DNA of 62,967 nucleotides, counting the filler, from Octopus bimaculoides (Eukaryota), in the NCBI RefSeq assembly GCF_001194135.2. It is 6 parts of 6 records of this genome, joined end to end, with 100 filler letters (N's around TTAATTAATTAA, not from the genome) between each part and the next. Parts side by side here need not be neighbours in the genome. Positions count along the whole stretch, not along the records: positions 1 to 7,710 come from NC_068985.1; positions 7,811 to 22,870 come from NC_069008.1; 4 more parts are not named here. One strand, given 5' to 3'. A program made the position numbers and the translations under genes. Every line of letters begins with the position of its first letter. The stretch's first letter is position 1. Below the pieces are notes generated by a model. The model made no database searches and had not been told where the DNA came from. It was given only the letters and a program-made list of their open reading frames with translations. Shown one piece after another: positions 1-12,346 of this stretch.

Positions 1-38
<38 letters not shown>

Positions 39-470
39 AGGGAGAGAGAGTAAGAGAGAGGCAGAGGGTGTCAGACAAACAAAGATGGAAAGAGAGAGTT
101 GGTAAAGAGAGAGGAAGACACACACACACACACACACATACACACACACACAAACAAACAGAGGCATATGTACAGAGAGCGGGAGAGATTAAGTGTTTTC
201 TAGATAAGTTTAAGTTTGCTTTAGGGAATTTTCTTCCATTACTTTCGTTAAGTTTCGAGTTCAAATGTCAATATTATTGACATTTGAACTAAAATATCAC
301 CCAACTACCGGGAGAGATTTTAATCAACCCTTCCTGACCCCTACCTAATATTGTCCTTTATTCCCTTTGTTGCACATTATATAAACCATCGTTATTATTT
401 TATGATTTTGTAAATACACCCAAGACATGATTGTTTATGTACAATAATTATGTGCACCTCGGAAAAGATA

Positions 471-1390
471 CGAAGTGGTATCGAAAGGTTCCCGTACGGA
501 CTAGCTATGTTTAATAAAAAAATTTATTTACTTTCCATTGAATATTATTTTAAGATCATCTCCTTCAAAAGAGTCAACCTGCACAGCAATACACCGGTCC
601 CAACGTTCCTACCATTTTTGGAATCCGGCAAAGAAGTTTTCTGTAAGCGAATCGAGGACATTCTCCGATTCGCCCTGGATCTCGACAACGGTGTAAAAAC
701 ATTGAGCTGCTTATACATCTTGGGAAAGAGATGGAAGTCCGCAAGTGCTTAATTTGGCGAATAGAGCGGGTATTGAAGAGATGTCACGTTGTTTTTTGGC
801 AAGAAACTCACGAGTAAGGAAAGCTCGTTGACAGGGCACTTTGTCACCAATTCTTCAGGCTCCCCAGATCCGGTCGCTTTCACCGAATGTCCTCTCTCAA
901 AAGCTTCAAAACGACGCAGCAAAACTTTCGATCGACAATCAGGCCCTGGGGAAAGAATTCGCGATGCATAATGCTACATTTCCGGGAATGGAGCTCATGG
1001 CAGGTTTTCCAAATCGCTCATCGTCTTCCAGGCATGTTCTTCCGCTTTTGAAGCACCCATGCCACTCGAAACATTGCATATGACCCATTGCCTCGTCAAC
1101 ATAAGCTTGCCGAAACATGCTCGATATCTTTGTAGAAGATTCCCCAAGTTTAACGCAAAATTTCACGTTAGCTCTTTGCTCCAACTTCCTGTCCATGACA
1201 AAATCGTACACTACAGCATACACGTGATCACAAAAACACAAATTTCAGAACTTGTAAAGTAGACACAGAGATGTCACTCGGTACACTGCCTCATGAAGGT
1301 CACTGATAGTTCTCACTCCGCACGTAACTGTGTGCTGCCATCTATTGGTGCGCTACAAAACTAATTCGAAAACATTTTGATACCATCTCG
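471..1390 (-). mobile_element. Internally deleted, decayed mariner DNA transposon
   Basis: Imperfect TIRs (CGAAGTGGTATCGAAAGGTT at 471; AACATTTTGATACCATCTCG ending 1390) flanked by TA. Minus-strand transposase remnants include MDRKLEQRANVKFCVKLG...LEDDERFGKP and a YSP..ALADFHLFPKM-like motif. Confidence 0.92.
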
Positions 1391-1494
1391 TATATACAAA
1401 TATTCAAGGTTTACAAATACTGTATGAGAATGCATTGACAATATTTACAAACCCTATGTATTCTTGTCTTATACAGGTATACCTGCACAAGTGT

Positions 1495-1842
1495 GCCGCC
1501 CCCGATTTTGTTTCCTCATAACTTTAAAAAGAAAATTAGATATTTTTAAATGAAATTTTCTATAAATGCCTTTCAAGTGATGTAGATTACAATTATATCG
1601 GAATGCTAATGTTGAAGAAAAAAAATTACTTGTTGGGCGTGCACATATATAACTACAAAATGAGACTTGAAATTTTGAAAAAAAATTATTTGATGCGTGT
1701 CAATGCATGCACCCACCATTTATTTTGAACATTAAATTCCGATATAATCGTAATGTACACCATCTGAAAGGTCTTTTCAGAAAATTTCATTAAAAAAATA
1801 GCCATTTTCCTGAAAGTTAAGGGAAAACAAATCGATGGTGGT
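1495..1842. mobile_element. Foldback/MITE-like element with about 120-bp diverged inverted arms (1495-1617 and 1722-1842)
   Basis: The right arm's reverse complement aligns by eye with the left arm (e.g. aatgaaattttct, attatatcggaat). Confidence 0.7.
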
Positions 1843-2297
1843 GTGTGTGTGGGGGCATTTATGAAAGTAACGAGAGATTACAAGTCTGTCATTATTATTG
1901 CTGAAGTGATTGTGAGTCACACATGCCGTGTCACTTATGGACGAGAAACCCAACTCCTTGACTACCATCCATCCATCCATCCATCCATCCATCTAACCAT
2001 TTTCTCTACGCATTGTTCCTGGGTGGGTCGCGGAGATCAAGAGATCTCTGAGACCTCTTCTGTAGGGCCCTATCAGAAAGAAACGTCATTTCTTTTCTTC
2101 TTTTCCCCGTAACTTAGCAGCTCGGCAAAAGAGACCGATAAAATAAGTACTAGGCTTACAAAGAATAAGTTCTGGGGTCGATTTGCTCGACTAAAGGCGG
2201 TGCTCCAGCATGGACGCAGTCAAATGACAGAAACAAGTAAAAGAGTAAAAGAGTATGCATATGTATCTGTGTGCGCGTGCGTGCGAGTGTGTGTTGT

Positions 2298-2338
<41 letters not shown>

Positions 2339-3733
2339 TGTGTATGTGTGCATGTGTATGTATATGTGTGTGCGTGTGTGTCTGTACATGAATACGTGTG
2401 TTTATTTGTTTCGTGTTTGTGTTCCTCTACCGCTTGACAACCGGTGTTGTTTTGTTTATGTTCTCATAACTTAACGTCTCCATAAAAAGTAGTCATCGAT
2501 GATGGCTTAGCTGGCCGAATCTTTGAAGTAACTGTCGATATTATTATAGCTGAGTAATCCTTCGGTTTAATGTAAAATTGTCTGTATTTATAAAAAGCAA
2601 CATGCATACGTACGATATATACACATATCCAAACTATATACTATATACATACTTACTATGTGCCCATCTAGCCTATATCTAGCCTATGAGTTTCTCTCAC
2701 TTTCCGTCCACCAAATCCACTCAGAAGCTTTTAGCCGGTGCGCGGGTACAATAAAAAGCCACTTGACCAAGGTGCCATGCAGTGAGACCGAACTCGGGAC
2801 CTTGGCTAAAATATTTTGTTATTTTTAATTTATATTTGGACAAAATAGTTCTCGGAACCTTGAGGATAGCAGCAAGTTTCTGACCACTCTACGACGNNNN
2901 NNNNNNATATTTGGACAAAATAGTTCTCGGAACCTTGAGGATAGCAGCAAGTTTCTGACCACTCTACGACGCCTATGGCTAAAATATTTTATTTTTAATT
3001 TATATTCGGACCAAGTAGTTCTCGGAAGTGTTGGCCATGTAAAGCATATCTTTATAGCTGGCAATTTACCATGGTTAAGTTATGCGTCATCAACATCTTC
3101 GTTATTGCTGCTACTTTAGGCTTACACTTTACTTGTTTGTTCGAAATGTAATCCAATTTCGGTCGAATTTTGTCGCTGCGGTGATAATTGATTTTCCACC
3201 TTTTGTACGATCATAATCAACAAGACATTCTTGTGAGATAGAAACATAGCGAGCAACATTAATGATTGCCTTCTCAAATTCATCCTTTGCGCTCAATAAT
3301 CACCTATCCAACTATTTAAGGTTATGAGTGGGGGGATATCGGGTGCGAAACTTATTGTATTGTATGCGATGTTTTTGTTAGTTGGTTTGTCATATTATTG
3401 TCAATAAGGTCTAAGTGTATTACGTTCAAGGATAATAATACTGCCGAACCATATGCTGCCACTGCAAATGCATTAAAGGCATAGATATCGTGCCCCTGTG
3501 ATGAGTTTAAGAAATTATTCATTTTTCATTTGCAATAGCATATTAAGATTTTTATCTCGTCTGGACGATTGCAGGAAATAGACAATTCTGTGAAGTGGAC
3601 AAGCAGGTTGATCCTACTCCTCTCTCTGGAATTTGATTGGCTGGGAGTTTTCTCAGTATTGTTTGAGCAACAACTCTCCTGAGTACACTTTAAATCAAGG
3701 AACGCTTGCAGCCTGCAATTTTAGGTCATCCAT

Positions 3734-3778
<45 letters not shown>

Positions 3779-3786
3779 AAGGTATG

Positions 3787-4200
3787 GGCGCAGGAGTGGC
3801 TGTGTAGTAAGTAGCTTGCTTACCAACCACATGGTTCCGGGTTCATTCCCACTGCGTGGCACCTTGGGCAAGTGTCTTCTACTATAGCCTCGGGCCGACC
3901 AAAGCCTTGTGAGTGGAATTGGTAGACGGAAACTGAAAGAAGCATGTCGTATATATGTATATGTATATATATATGTATATGTGTGTGTGTGTCAGTGTTT
4001 GTCCCCCCCCCCCCAATATCGCTTGACAAACGATGCTGGTGTGTTTACGTCCCCTTAACTTAGTGGTTCGGCAAAAGAGACCGATAGAATAAGTACTAGG
4101 CATCCAAAGAATAAGTCCTGGGGTCGAATTGCTCTACTAAAGGCAGTGCTCCAGCATGGCCGCAGTCAAATGACTGAAACAAGTAAAAGAGTAAAAGAGT
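3787..4200 (+). mobile_element. Full-length tRNA-derived SINE, family A (head with A/B-box-like motifs, internal TA/TG microsatellite, 3' body)
   Basis: ggcgcaggagtggctgtgtagtaag...ggttcattcccactgcgtggcaccttgggcaag...gactgaaacaagtaaaagag. Near-identical to 43525-43935. Partial copies at about 2075-2250, 2700-2810, 6240-6400, 8045-8190, 19033-19385, 23025-23185, 23525-23670, 24000-24630, 25180-25660, 26860-27005, 36392-36545, 39058-39302, 49630-49800, 51285-51410. Confidence 0.9.
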
Positions 4201-4204
4201 ATCT

Positions 4205-4340
4205 GGGCGAGTGATTAAGGTGCTGGACCTCAACGGCGTAAGAACGTAGTTTCGATTCCCGGACCAGGCGTTATGTTGTGTTCTTGAGCAAAATTCTTCA
4301 TTTCAGGTTGTTCCAGCTCACACAGCTGTAAATAAGTTTC
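4205..4340 (+). mobile_element. Diverged tRNA-derived SINE head and central domain (tgtgttcttgagcaaaa...)
   Basis: B-box-like gtttcgattccc; similar to 37195-37390. Confidence 0.6.
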
Positions 4341-5528
4341 TGTTATGTCTGAGAAGTAAAATCCCCATTTAGTGGGTCGTTTACTAATGTGAGTAACTTA
4401 CATGCTATGGAAATTAGGTAAAATACTGACCTCAACAATCTTGGTGATCCATGAAAATAAAGTTAGAAATAAGGGGAAATAGTGAATGTACCTAATCTTG
4501 CCCCCTATTATGTAGCACAATGGATTACCTTTATGCTGTTATTTTCTTACTGTGTAACATTTTCTCCGTATTTCTTTTTCTTTGTTGTCGTACACATTCG
4601 CTTGCTTTCTCTCCAAATGCTCTTAGGTTAGATTTTTGGGGCCAGCCAGATTTGAACTGTATCAAGCGTAACCGGCCGAAACTGTAAGGATAATCTGGAA
4701 ACTTAACTGAGGAGAGAAGGTCACGAATGACACGTTCTTGTTTTTTCCTGCCCGTCTTTTTGTTGTTTTTCCTGTCCTTCTTTGTAACGTCAATCTGTCC
4801 GGATGTTTTATTGTCGCTTGTTGCATTCTTGTTCCATTTTTTGTGTGTATATATATATANNNNNNNNNNNNNNNNNNNNNNNNNNNNNNNNNNNNNNNNN
4901 NNNNNNNNNNNNNNNNNNNNNNNNNNNNNNNNNNNNNNNNNNNNNNNNNNNNNNNNNNNNNNNNNNNNNNNNNNNNNNNNNNNNNNNNNNNNNNNNNNNN
5001 NNNNNNNNNNNNNNNNNNNNNNNNNNNNNNNNNNNNNNNNNNNNNNNNNNNNNNNNNNNNNNNNNNNNNNNNNNNNNNNNNNNNNNNNNNNNNNNNNNNN
5101 NNNNNNNNNNNNNNNNNNNNNNNNNNNNNNNNNNNNNNNNNNNNNNNNNNNNNNNNNNNNNNNNNNNNNNNNNNNNNNNNNNNNNNNNNNNNNNNNNNNN
5201 NNNNNNNNNNNNNNNNNNNNNNNNNNNNNNNNNNNNNNNNNNNNNNNNNNNNNNNNNNNNNNNNNNNNNNNNNNNNNNNNNNNNNNNNNNNNNNNNNNNN
5301 NNNNNNNNNNNNNNNNNNNNNNNNNNNNNNNNNNNNNNNNNNNNNNNNNNNNNNNNNNNNNNNNNNNNNNNNNNNNNNNNNNNNNNNNNNNNNNNNNNNN
5401 NNNNNNNNNNNNNNNNNNNNNNNNNNNNNNNNNNNNNNNNNNNNNNNNNNNNNNNNNNNNNNNNNNNNNNNNNNNNNNNNNNNNNNNNNNNNNNNNNNNN
5501 NNNNNNNNNNNNNNNNNNNNNNNNNNNN

Positions 5529-5573
<45 letters not shown>

Positions 5574-5894
5574 TGCTATTTCAATGACAACAAAGCACCA
5601 AGCATAGTAATGAAATGAAGGCCAGATGTAGACTTCCTTTGAAGTTGAAGCTTGCAGTCATGATGATGTTGACTGGCGGAAGAGTTCTATGATTATTATT
5701 ATCATCAAAATTATTATCGACTAAAGCAATATTAGTACCAAAAAAGCCATCTTTATATAGAAATTAACGTGAATGTCTTATTAGAACGCTGCATACTACA
5801 GTATTTGCCTTGAGAGGTCCTCTCATATAGGCGCATAGTACATAAATGAAGAGACATAAATCATAGCGGATGAAAATCGTTTGTTGTGGGTACT

Positions 5895-5945
5895 AGAACT
5901 GCCAGATCACGTGATTTTACTTCCCTTGACTTCCTCAGTGGCAAG
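5895..5945 (+). mobile_element. Possible Tc1-like transposase remnant
   Basis: TARSRDFTSLDFLSG resembles WPARSPDLTPLDFFLWG; single short motif only. Confidence 0.3.
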
Positions 5946-7551
5946 CGTCTGGTCACCGGATAGCAGCCAAACTACACTGCCACAGTAGGCGGTGAGCGGA
6001 CGCCTGCTACTATGGAAGTTCAGTTGACTGAAATCACGTTATCTAGCAGTTTCCAGCGCCCGTAACAGAAGATTCCCATCTACTAAGATTTATATCTCTG
6101 ATTTTACGCACTCTGTGCCTATAGGAGAGGATCTCTCAAGTCTGATATCGCAGTATTCGGCGTTCTAACAAGATATCCACTTTTGGTTCGGTAGAAACAG
6201 CTGGAATTTTACCCTACCTATTTACATTATATATAGCCGCAGGCTTGGGTATGTGGTTACAAGCTTGCTTCCAAACCTTATGGTTCTGGGTTTAGTTCCA
6301 CTGCGTGGCACCTTGGGAAAGTGTCGTCTACTATAGCCTCGGGCCGACCTGAGCCTTGTGAGTGGATTTAACAGACGGAAACTGAAAGAAGCCCGTCGTA
6401 TATATATATATATATATNNNNNNNNNNNNNNNNNNNNNNNNNNNNNNNNNNNNNNNNNNNNNNNNNNNNNNNNNNNNNNNNNNNNNNNNNNNNNNNNNNN
6501 NNNNNNNNNNNNNNNNNNNNNNNNNNNNNNNNNNNNNNNNNNNNNNNNNNNNNNNNNNNNNNNNNNNNNNNNNNNNNNNNNNNNNNNNNNNNNNNNNNNN
6601 NNNNNNNNNNNNNNNNNNNNNNNNNNNNNNNNNNNNNNNNNNNNNNNNNNNNNNNNNNNNNNNNNNNNNNNNNNNNNNNNNNNNNNNNNNNNNNNNNNNN
6701 NNNNNNNNNNNNNNNNNNNNNNNNNNNNNNNNNNNNNNNNNNNNNNNNNNNNNNNNNNNNNNNNNNNNNNNNNNNNNNNNNNNNNNNNNNNNNNNNNNNN
6801 NNNNNNNNNNNNNNNNNNNNNNNNNNNNNNNNNNGGGGGGGGGGTCGATTTCTTGTACCAAACCTTTCAAGGTGCTACTCCAATATGGCCGCAGTTCGAA
6901 GACTGAAACAAATATAATTTTAAAAAAAGAATAAAAGAAAAGACGTTCAAGTCATCCTTTAATTGTAGTTAGAAGTGGAAGGTTAAAAATGCCAAGAAAT
7001 AAACTAACAGTAAAGCAAGCATGAAATAAAATCACATGAAATAAACTATCTGAATGGGAGCGTGTGGCCACAAACAAACATGCAAACAATGAGAGAATGA
7101 ATAACGGAATAAAAGAATAACAGAATGAATAAAGGATTAGATAAATGAATGAATGGATCAAAGATGTCAAGTACTTATCGAATCATTAAGAAACGATTGT
7201 AAAACATGCTCGATATGTGATTACAGAAACAGCAAATCGATAACTATCAGAAGAGGACGGGAGAATAGTTATAGGAAAAACGCAACACAAATTTCCAAGA
7301 CACTTATTCCTCGACGAAGTTATCCATACATTGAAATACCAGTTCCACCAGCCAATGCAAGCTCCATCTTACAGCCATTTTAAACCATTCTTCTGAAAAG
7401 GGAGCAAGGCTGGGAAGCTGGGAGGAGGAATGATGGATCTAAAGGCTTGAGATTTTAACAGGTTTTCTCACGATAACAAGCGAGAAATCATTCACCGGAA
7501 ACTGAGCTGAACAGAAAGTTCCGAGCGTAGCGGACTGAGGTTGTGAGTGAG

Positions 7552-7590
<39 letters not shown>

Positions 7591-8740
7591 CATGCATATT
7601 TACATTGATACACATACATACTACATATATTCACACACACATATGTACGTATGCATGCATGCATGTATGTATCTCTTTCTTTCTTTCTGTATATATATAT
7701 ATATATATATNNNNNNNNNNNNNNNNNNNNNNNNNNNNNNNNNNNNNNNNNNNNTTAATTAATTAANNNNNNNNNNNNNNNNNNNNNNNNNNNNNNNNNN
7801 NNNNNNNNNNAGATATATATATATATAGATATATATATATATACTTTATTTAAAAGCAGCAGAAATATAACAAAAAAACCGTTACTCTGAGTTTCACGTT
7901 CCCGTTCATCGGACAAACGGTTTTTTTGTTATATTTCTGCTGCTTTTAAATAAAGCATATTTACTCTACCTCTGGTATTTGAGTACTCTTTTTTCCACCT
8001 TGTTGCACATTTCATGTGCTTACTCTGGTATATATATATATATCAGACAGGCTTCTTTCAGTTTCCGTCTTCCAAATCCATTCACAAGGCTTTGGTCAGC
8101 CCAAGGCTATAGTAGAAGACACTTGCCCAAGGTCCCTCACAGTGGGACTGAACCCAAAACTATGCGGTTTGGAAGCAAGCTTCTCACCACTGTCTTGGTA
8201 CAAGAATGCCAAAGTTTTGAGCCATGTGGAATCATCTCTTAAGCACCATTGTCTACACTGACCCGGAGTGGTAGCACCTGAGAAGGCCCTGGCTATGGCT
8301 TATCCAGCATATGTGCCACTCGTTTAAACCCAAGCTACGTCTGCTTCGATAAAGCACACACACACACACACACACACATATACATATTCATATGTGGTCG
8401 ATGCCAGTGATTGGTGCCAGTGTCGCCTGACCGGCTCTTGTGTTGGTGGCACCTAAAAAGCACCATTTGAGCATGGTTGATGGCAGTGCCGCCTGACTGG
8501 TTTCCATGCTGGTGGCACGTAAAAAGCACTCACTACACTCTTGGAGTGGTTGGCGTTAGGAAGGGCATCCAGCTGTAGAAACATTGCCAGGTCAGATTGG
8601 AACCTGGTGCAGCCTTCTGGTTTCACCAGTCCTTAGTCAAATCGACCAACCCATGCCAGCATGGAAAGCGGACATTAAACGATGACGATGGTGATGATGA
8701 TATATAAGAAAATTTATAGAGTGTATATAATAATAATAAC

Positions 8741-8814
<74 letters not shown>

Positions 8815-9216
8815 GGATGATGATGATGATGGTGATGATAATAAATTAAGGCACCGGTCAACGTAGAAGGGTGGGTGTCAATGGCACCAACCAGCCTCTC
8901 CTCCTGCCCCCTCCCCTCAAAATCTTCCACCTCAAAAAAACCCAGACACAATTATCTCCAGTCTCACCTCTCTGTCTATGATTTCTCTCACAGAAAAAAA
9001 ACCAGATATTGAAATGAATTCCTCCTCACACTTTTAAATCCGATCAGACAATTAATTACCTCCTCATTAACGACGCATCGTTTCATGGACTACGTTTTTT
9101 TTAATGTTTTTGCATGATTCACGTTTTTAATTCTTTTATTTATTTCTCTCTTTCTCTCTCTCTCTTCCTCTTCCTCCCTCTCTCTCTCTCTTCCTCTTCC
9201 TCTCTCTCTCTCTGTC

Positions 9217-9251
<35 letters not shown>

Positions 9252-9479
9252 AATATTCATTTTCATCAGATATGATTTATAGACACGTTTATCTCGCATC
9301 TCGCTGGCAGATAATAACGCATCGTTATCGCTTCATCAGTGTTGTTGTCGTCATTGCTGTTGTCACCATCATCATCATCAGCAGCATCATCATTGTCATT
9401 GTTATCTTTATGATCATCATCATTATCACCACCACCACCACCACCACCACCACCACCAGTACTACCACCAACACCACAA

Positions 9480-9745
9480 TTAATTTGCTTCAGCTTTATT
9501 ATACATTAATCGTATTTCGGCCAGAGTTCTTTCATCACACTTCTGTGACCTCATCAGTGGTCCTTTGCTTTCTTCTTTTTTATTTGCGTGTCCCTCCTTA
9601 CTAACGATCAGCCATTTTGTATTTTATATAAGAAAGAAGGGAGCAAAGGACCACGGATGAGGTCACAGAAGTGTGACATAAGAACTCTGGCCGAAATAGG
9701 ATTCATGTAATATAATGTAATATAAAGCTGAAGCAAATTAACACC
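9480..9745. repeat. Long inverted repeat (about 105-120-bp arms, short spacer)
   Basis: 9481-9590 matches the reverse complement of about 9625-9742. Confidence 0.9.
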
Positions 9746-10378
9746 AAATATACAGTGCGTGTGTTTTTATTGGCTAAACTGGCAATATGACCATCCCCAA
9801 GTACAACAATATCTATATCAGCACACGATTTCAGATCAAGAACCTTGCAAAACAAATATATAAACGGAAGATTTTAAATAGTTTTTTAACTATTAATGGT
9901 GAGATATTATGGAAGTATTTTCTCAATAAACTTTATTTGTGGTGAATTTTCCTTGCGGTAAACTTTCTCCACAGTGAATTGATGGCAGCAATCTTTCCCT
10001 GTGATGAATTGGTGGTGGTGAACTCACCTGTAATCAGTGCCTCTTATAACCCAAATTTACTCTGGAATCCATTACGCTCTGTCGTACATGCACCCTGACG
10101 TTCCCCATGTGGCAGACCATGGGGGTTTCGTTTCCTATTTACACTATACAGTTTGAGGGAAATCGAGGTGCTATCTTTAGCAGGTAGGGTGATTACTTAG
10201 GTGAACTGTTTGATGTGGTGAGTAGAGTTGTATAGGAGGAGGTACACCTTGCCCAGGGGCTAAAGCAGAGAGACAATAGGTGTTGGGGTAAGGTTTGAAC
10301 ACGTGATCACAGGATTAACAATTCTTCACAGCTGCAATAGGATTAATACATACATATATGGATATACACAAGCACACT

Positions 10379-10409
<31 letters not shown>

Positions 10410-11076
10410 GCATACACACACACAGAGANNNNNNNNNNATATATGTATATATATATATACACACTACCACCACCACCACCACCACTGCTGCTGCTGCTGC
10501 AGACATTGCAAAGAAATAGCAAGGAAGAAAGACTGAGCTGATCCTAATCCCTGAGCCTCTCTCACCCACTTCTCTCTCTCTCTCTCACTCGTCTCTCTCT
10601 CTTTGTCTGTCTGTTTTTCTCTCTCTCTCTCTGTCTCTCTCTATCTCCATCGTTTTCTCTCTCTCTCTCTCTCTCCCTCTTTTATCCACCATTTTATCCC
10701 TGCTCCTTGCTAACCCCTTGTCACCAACTTTATTCATTTACCCGGAAGGATGGACCCAGCAGAATTCCAAAGATGTTTGTCCTTAGATCGAAACAGTATG
10801 TTATACCTACAATCATCACAATTATTATTATCATTATTATTATTGTTATTATTATTATTACCTCCACCTTAGCGAAGGCAGAGGTATTGTTTTTCAGTTG
10901 TGTTTGTTTCTCCGTGGACAAGATATCTCAAGAACCACTGTCTGGATTCAGATGAAACTTTCAGGAATGTTTGGCCTCGTGACTGGTACAAACTAATTAG
11001 ATTTTAGAATCGATCCGAACAAGTCCCCTCCCCACAAATTTCAGGCCTTGTGCTTTTAGTGGAAAGGATTATTATT

Positions 11077-11348
11077 CTGTATCCTTATTTTCATCACATG
11101 CTTTCACTTCACTACCGAGCGCAGCTCTGTGTGCCTTGGGTATGTGCTGTGGTTTGCTGTGGTGCTCTTATGTTTACTGTATTGAAAGTGTTTTGCGTAG
11201 AATGTGTGCAGTGCCCAGTAGTGCAATTTTCTGTATGTTATATATATTTGTAAGTCCTGGTGTTTTTGTTATGTATTTGTCTGAATATTTTTTTATTATA
11301 CCTAAGGCACCTACTATGATAGGAATTGTTTCTGTTTTTAGATTCCAC
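11077..11348 (-). mobile_element. R4/Dong-type (restriction-like endonuclease) non-LTR retrotransposon, 3' end
   Basis: Minus strand reads WNLKTETIPIIVGALGIIKKYSDKYITKTPGLTNIYNIQKIALLGTAHILRKTLSIQ*. Shares its 3' UTR (cagagctgcgct.ggtagtgaagtgaaagca) with 33313-33345. Confidence 0.85.
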
Positions 11349-12215
11349 NNNNNNNNNNNNNNNNNNNNNNNNNNNNNNNNNNNNNNNNNNNNNNNNNNNN
11401 NNNNNNNNNNNNNNNNNNNNNNNNNNNNNNNNNNNNNNNNNNNNNNNNNNNNNNNNNNNNNNNNNNNNNNNNNNNNNNNNNNNNNNNNNNNNNNNNNNNN
11501 NNNNNNNNNNNNNNNNNNNNNNNNNNNNNNNNNNNNNNNNNNNNNNNNNNNNNNNNNNNNNNNNNNNNNNNNNNNNNNNNNNNNNNNNNNNNNNNNNNNN
11601 NNNNNNNNNNNNNNNNNNNNNNNNNNNNNNNNNNNNNNNNNNNNNNNNNNNNNNNNNNNNNNNNNNNNNNNNNNNNNNNNNNNNNNNNNNNNNNNNNNNN
11701 NNNNNNNNNNNNNNNNNNNNNNNNNNNNNNNNNNNNNNNNNNNNNNNNNNNNNNNNNNNNNNNNNNNNNNNNNNNNNNNNNNNNNNNNNNNNNNNNNNNN
11801 NNNNNNNNNNNNNNNNNNNNNNNNNNNNNNNNNNNNNNNNNNNNNNNNNNNNNNNNNNNNNNNNNNNNNNNNNNNNNNNNNNNNNNNNNNNNNNNNNNNN
11901 NNNNNNNNNNNNNNNNNNNNNNNNNNNNNNNNNNNNNNNNNNNNNNNNNNNNNNNNNNNNNNNNNNNNNNNNNNNNNNNNNNNNNNNNNNNNNNNNNNNN
12001 NNNNNNNNNNNNNNNNNNNNNNNNNNNNNNNNNNNNNNNNNNNNNNNNNNNNNNNNNNNNNNNNNNNNNNNNNNNNNNNNNNNNNNNNNNNNNNNNNNNN
12101 NNNNNNNNNNNNNNNNNNNNNNNNNNNNNNNNNNNNNNNNNNNNNNNNNNNNNNNNNNNNNNNNNNNNNNNNNNNNNNNNNNNNNNNNNNNNNNNNNNNN
12201 NNNNNNNNNNNNNNN

Positions 12216-12346
12216 TGTGGAACAGAAGATTCGATGAAGACTTTGAGACGTTCGTTAAAGAATTCCCAATCGACGATAATATTTCGGAGTGTTTTGCCTC
12301 TTCGTCCGATGACACGGTTCGAAACAGTGACAGCACAGTCTCTGGG
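12216..12346 (+). CDS. Exon 1 (5' end hidden in N-gap 11349-12215): WNRRFDEDFETFVKEFPIDDNISECFASSSDDTVRNSDSTVSG
   Basis: Open frame from 12218, donor GGG|GTAGGT at 12346/12347, phase 0, matching exon 2. Confidence 0.75.

Noticed and set aside
3060-3620. Possible piggyBac (DYDRTKGG) or RT (RLDDC) remnants
   Set aside because: Single short motifs on opposite strands in highly decayed sequence; cannot be assigned.
7140-7545. Unique sequence ending in a donor-like GTT|gtgagt, a candidate first exon of the ankyrin gene
   Set aside because: All frames are closed shortly before the donor and a join gap separates it from the gene; it could only be a UTR exon and is unsupported.
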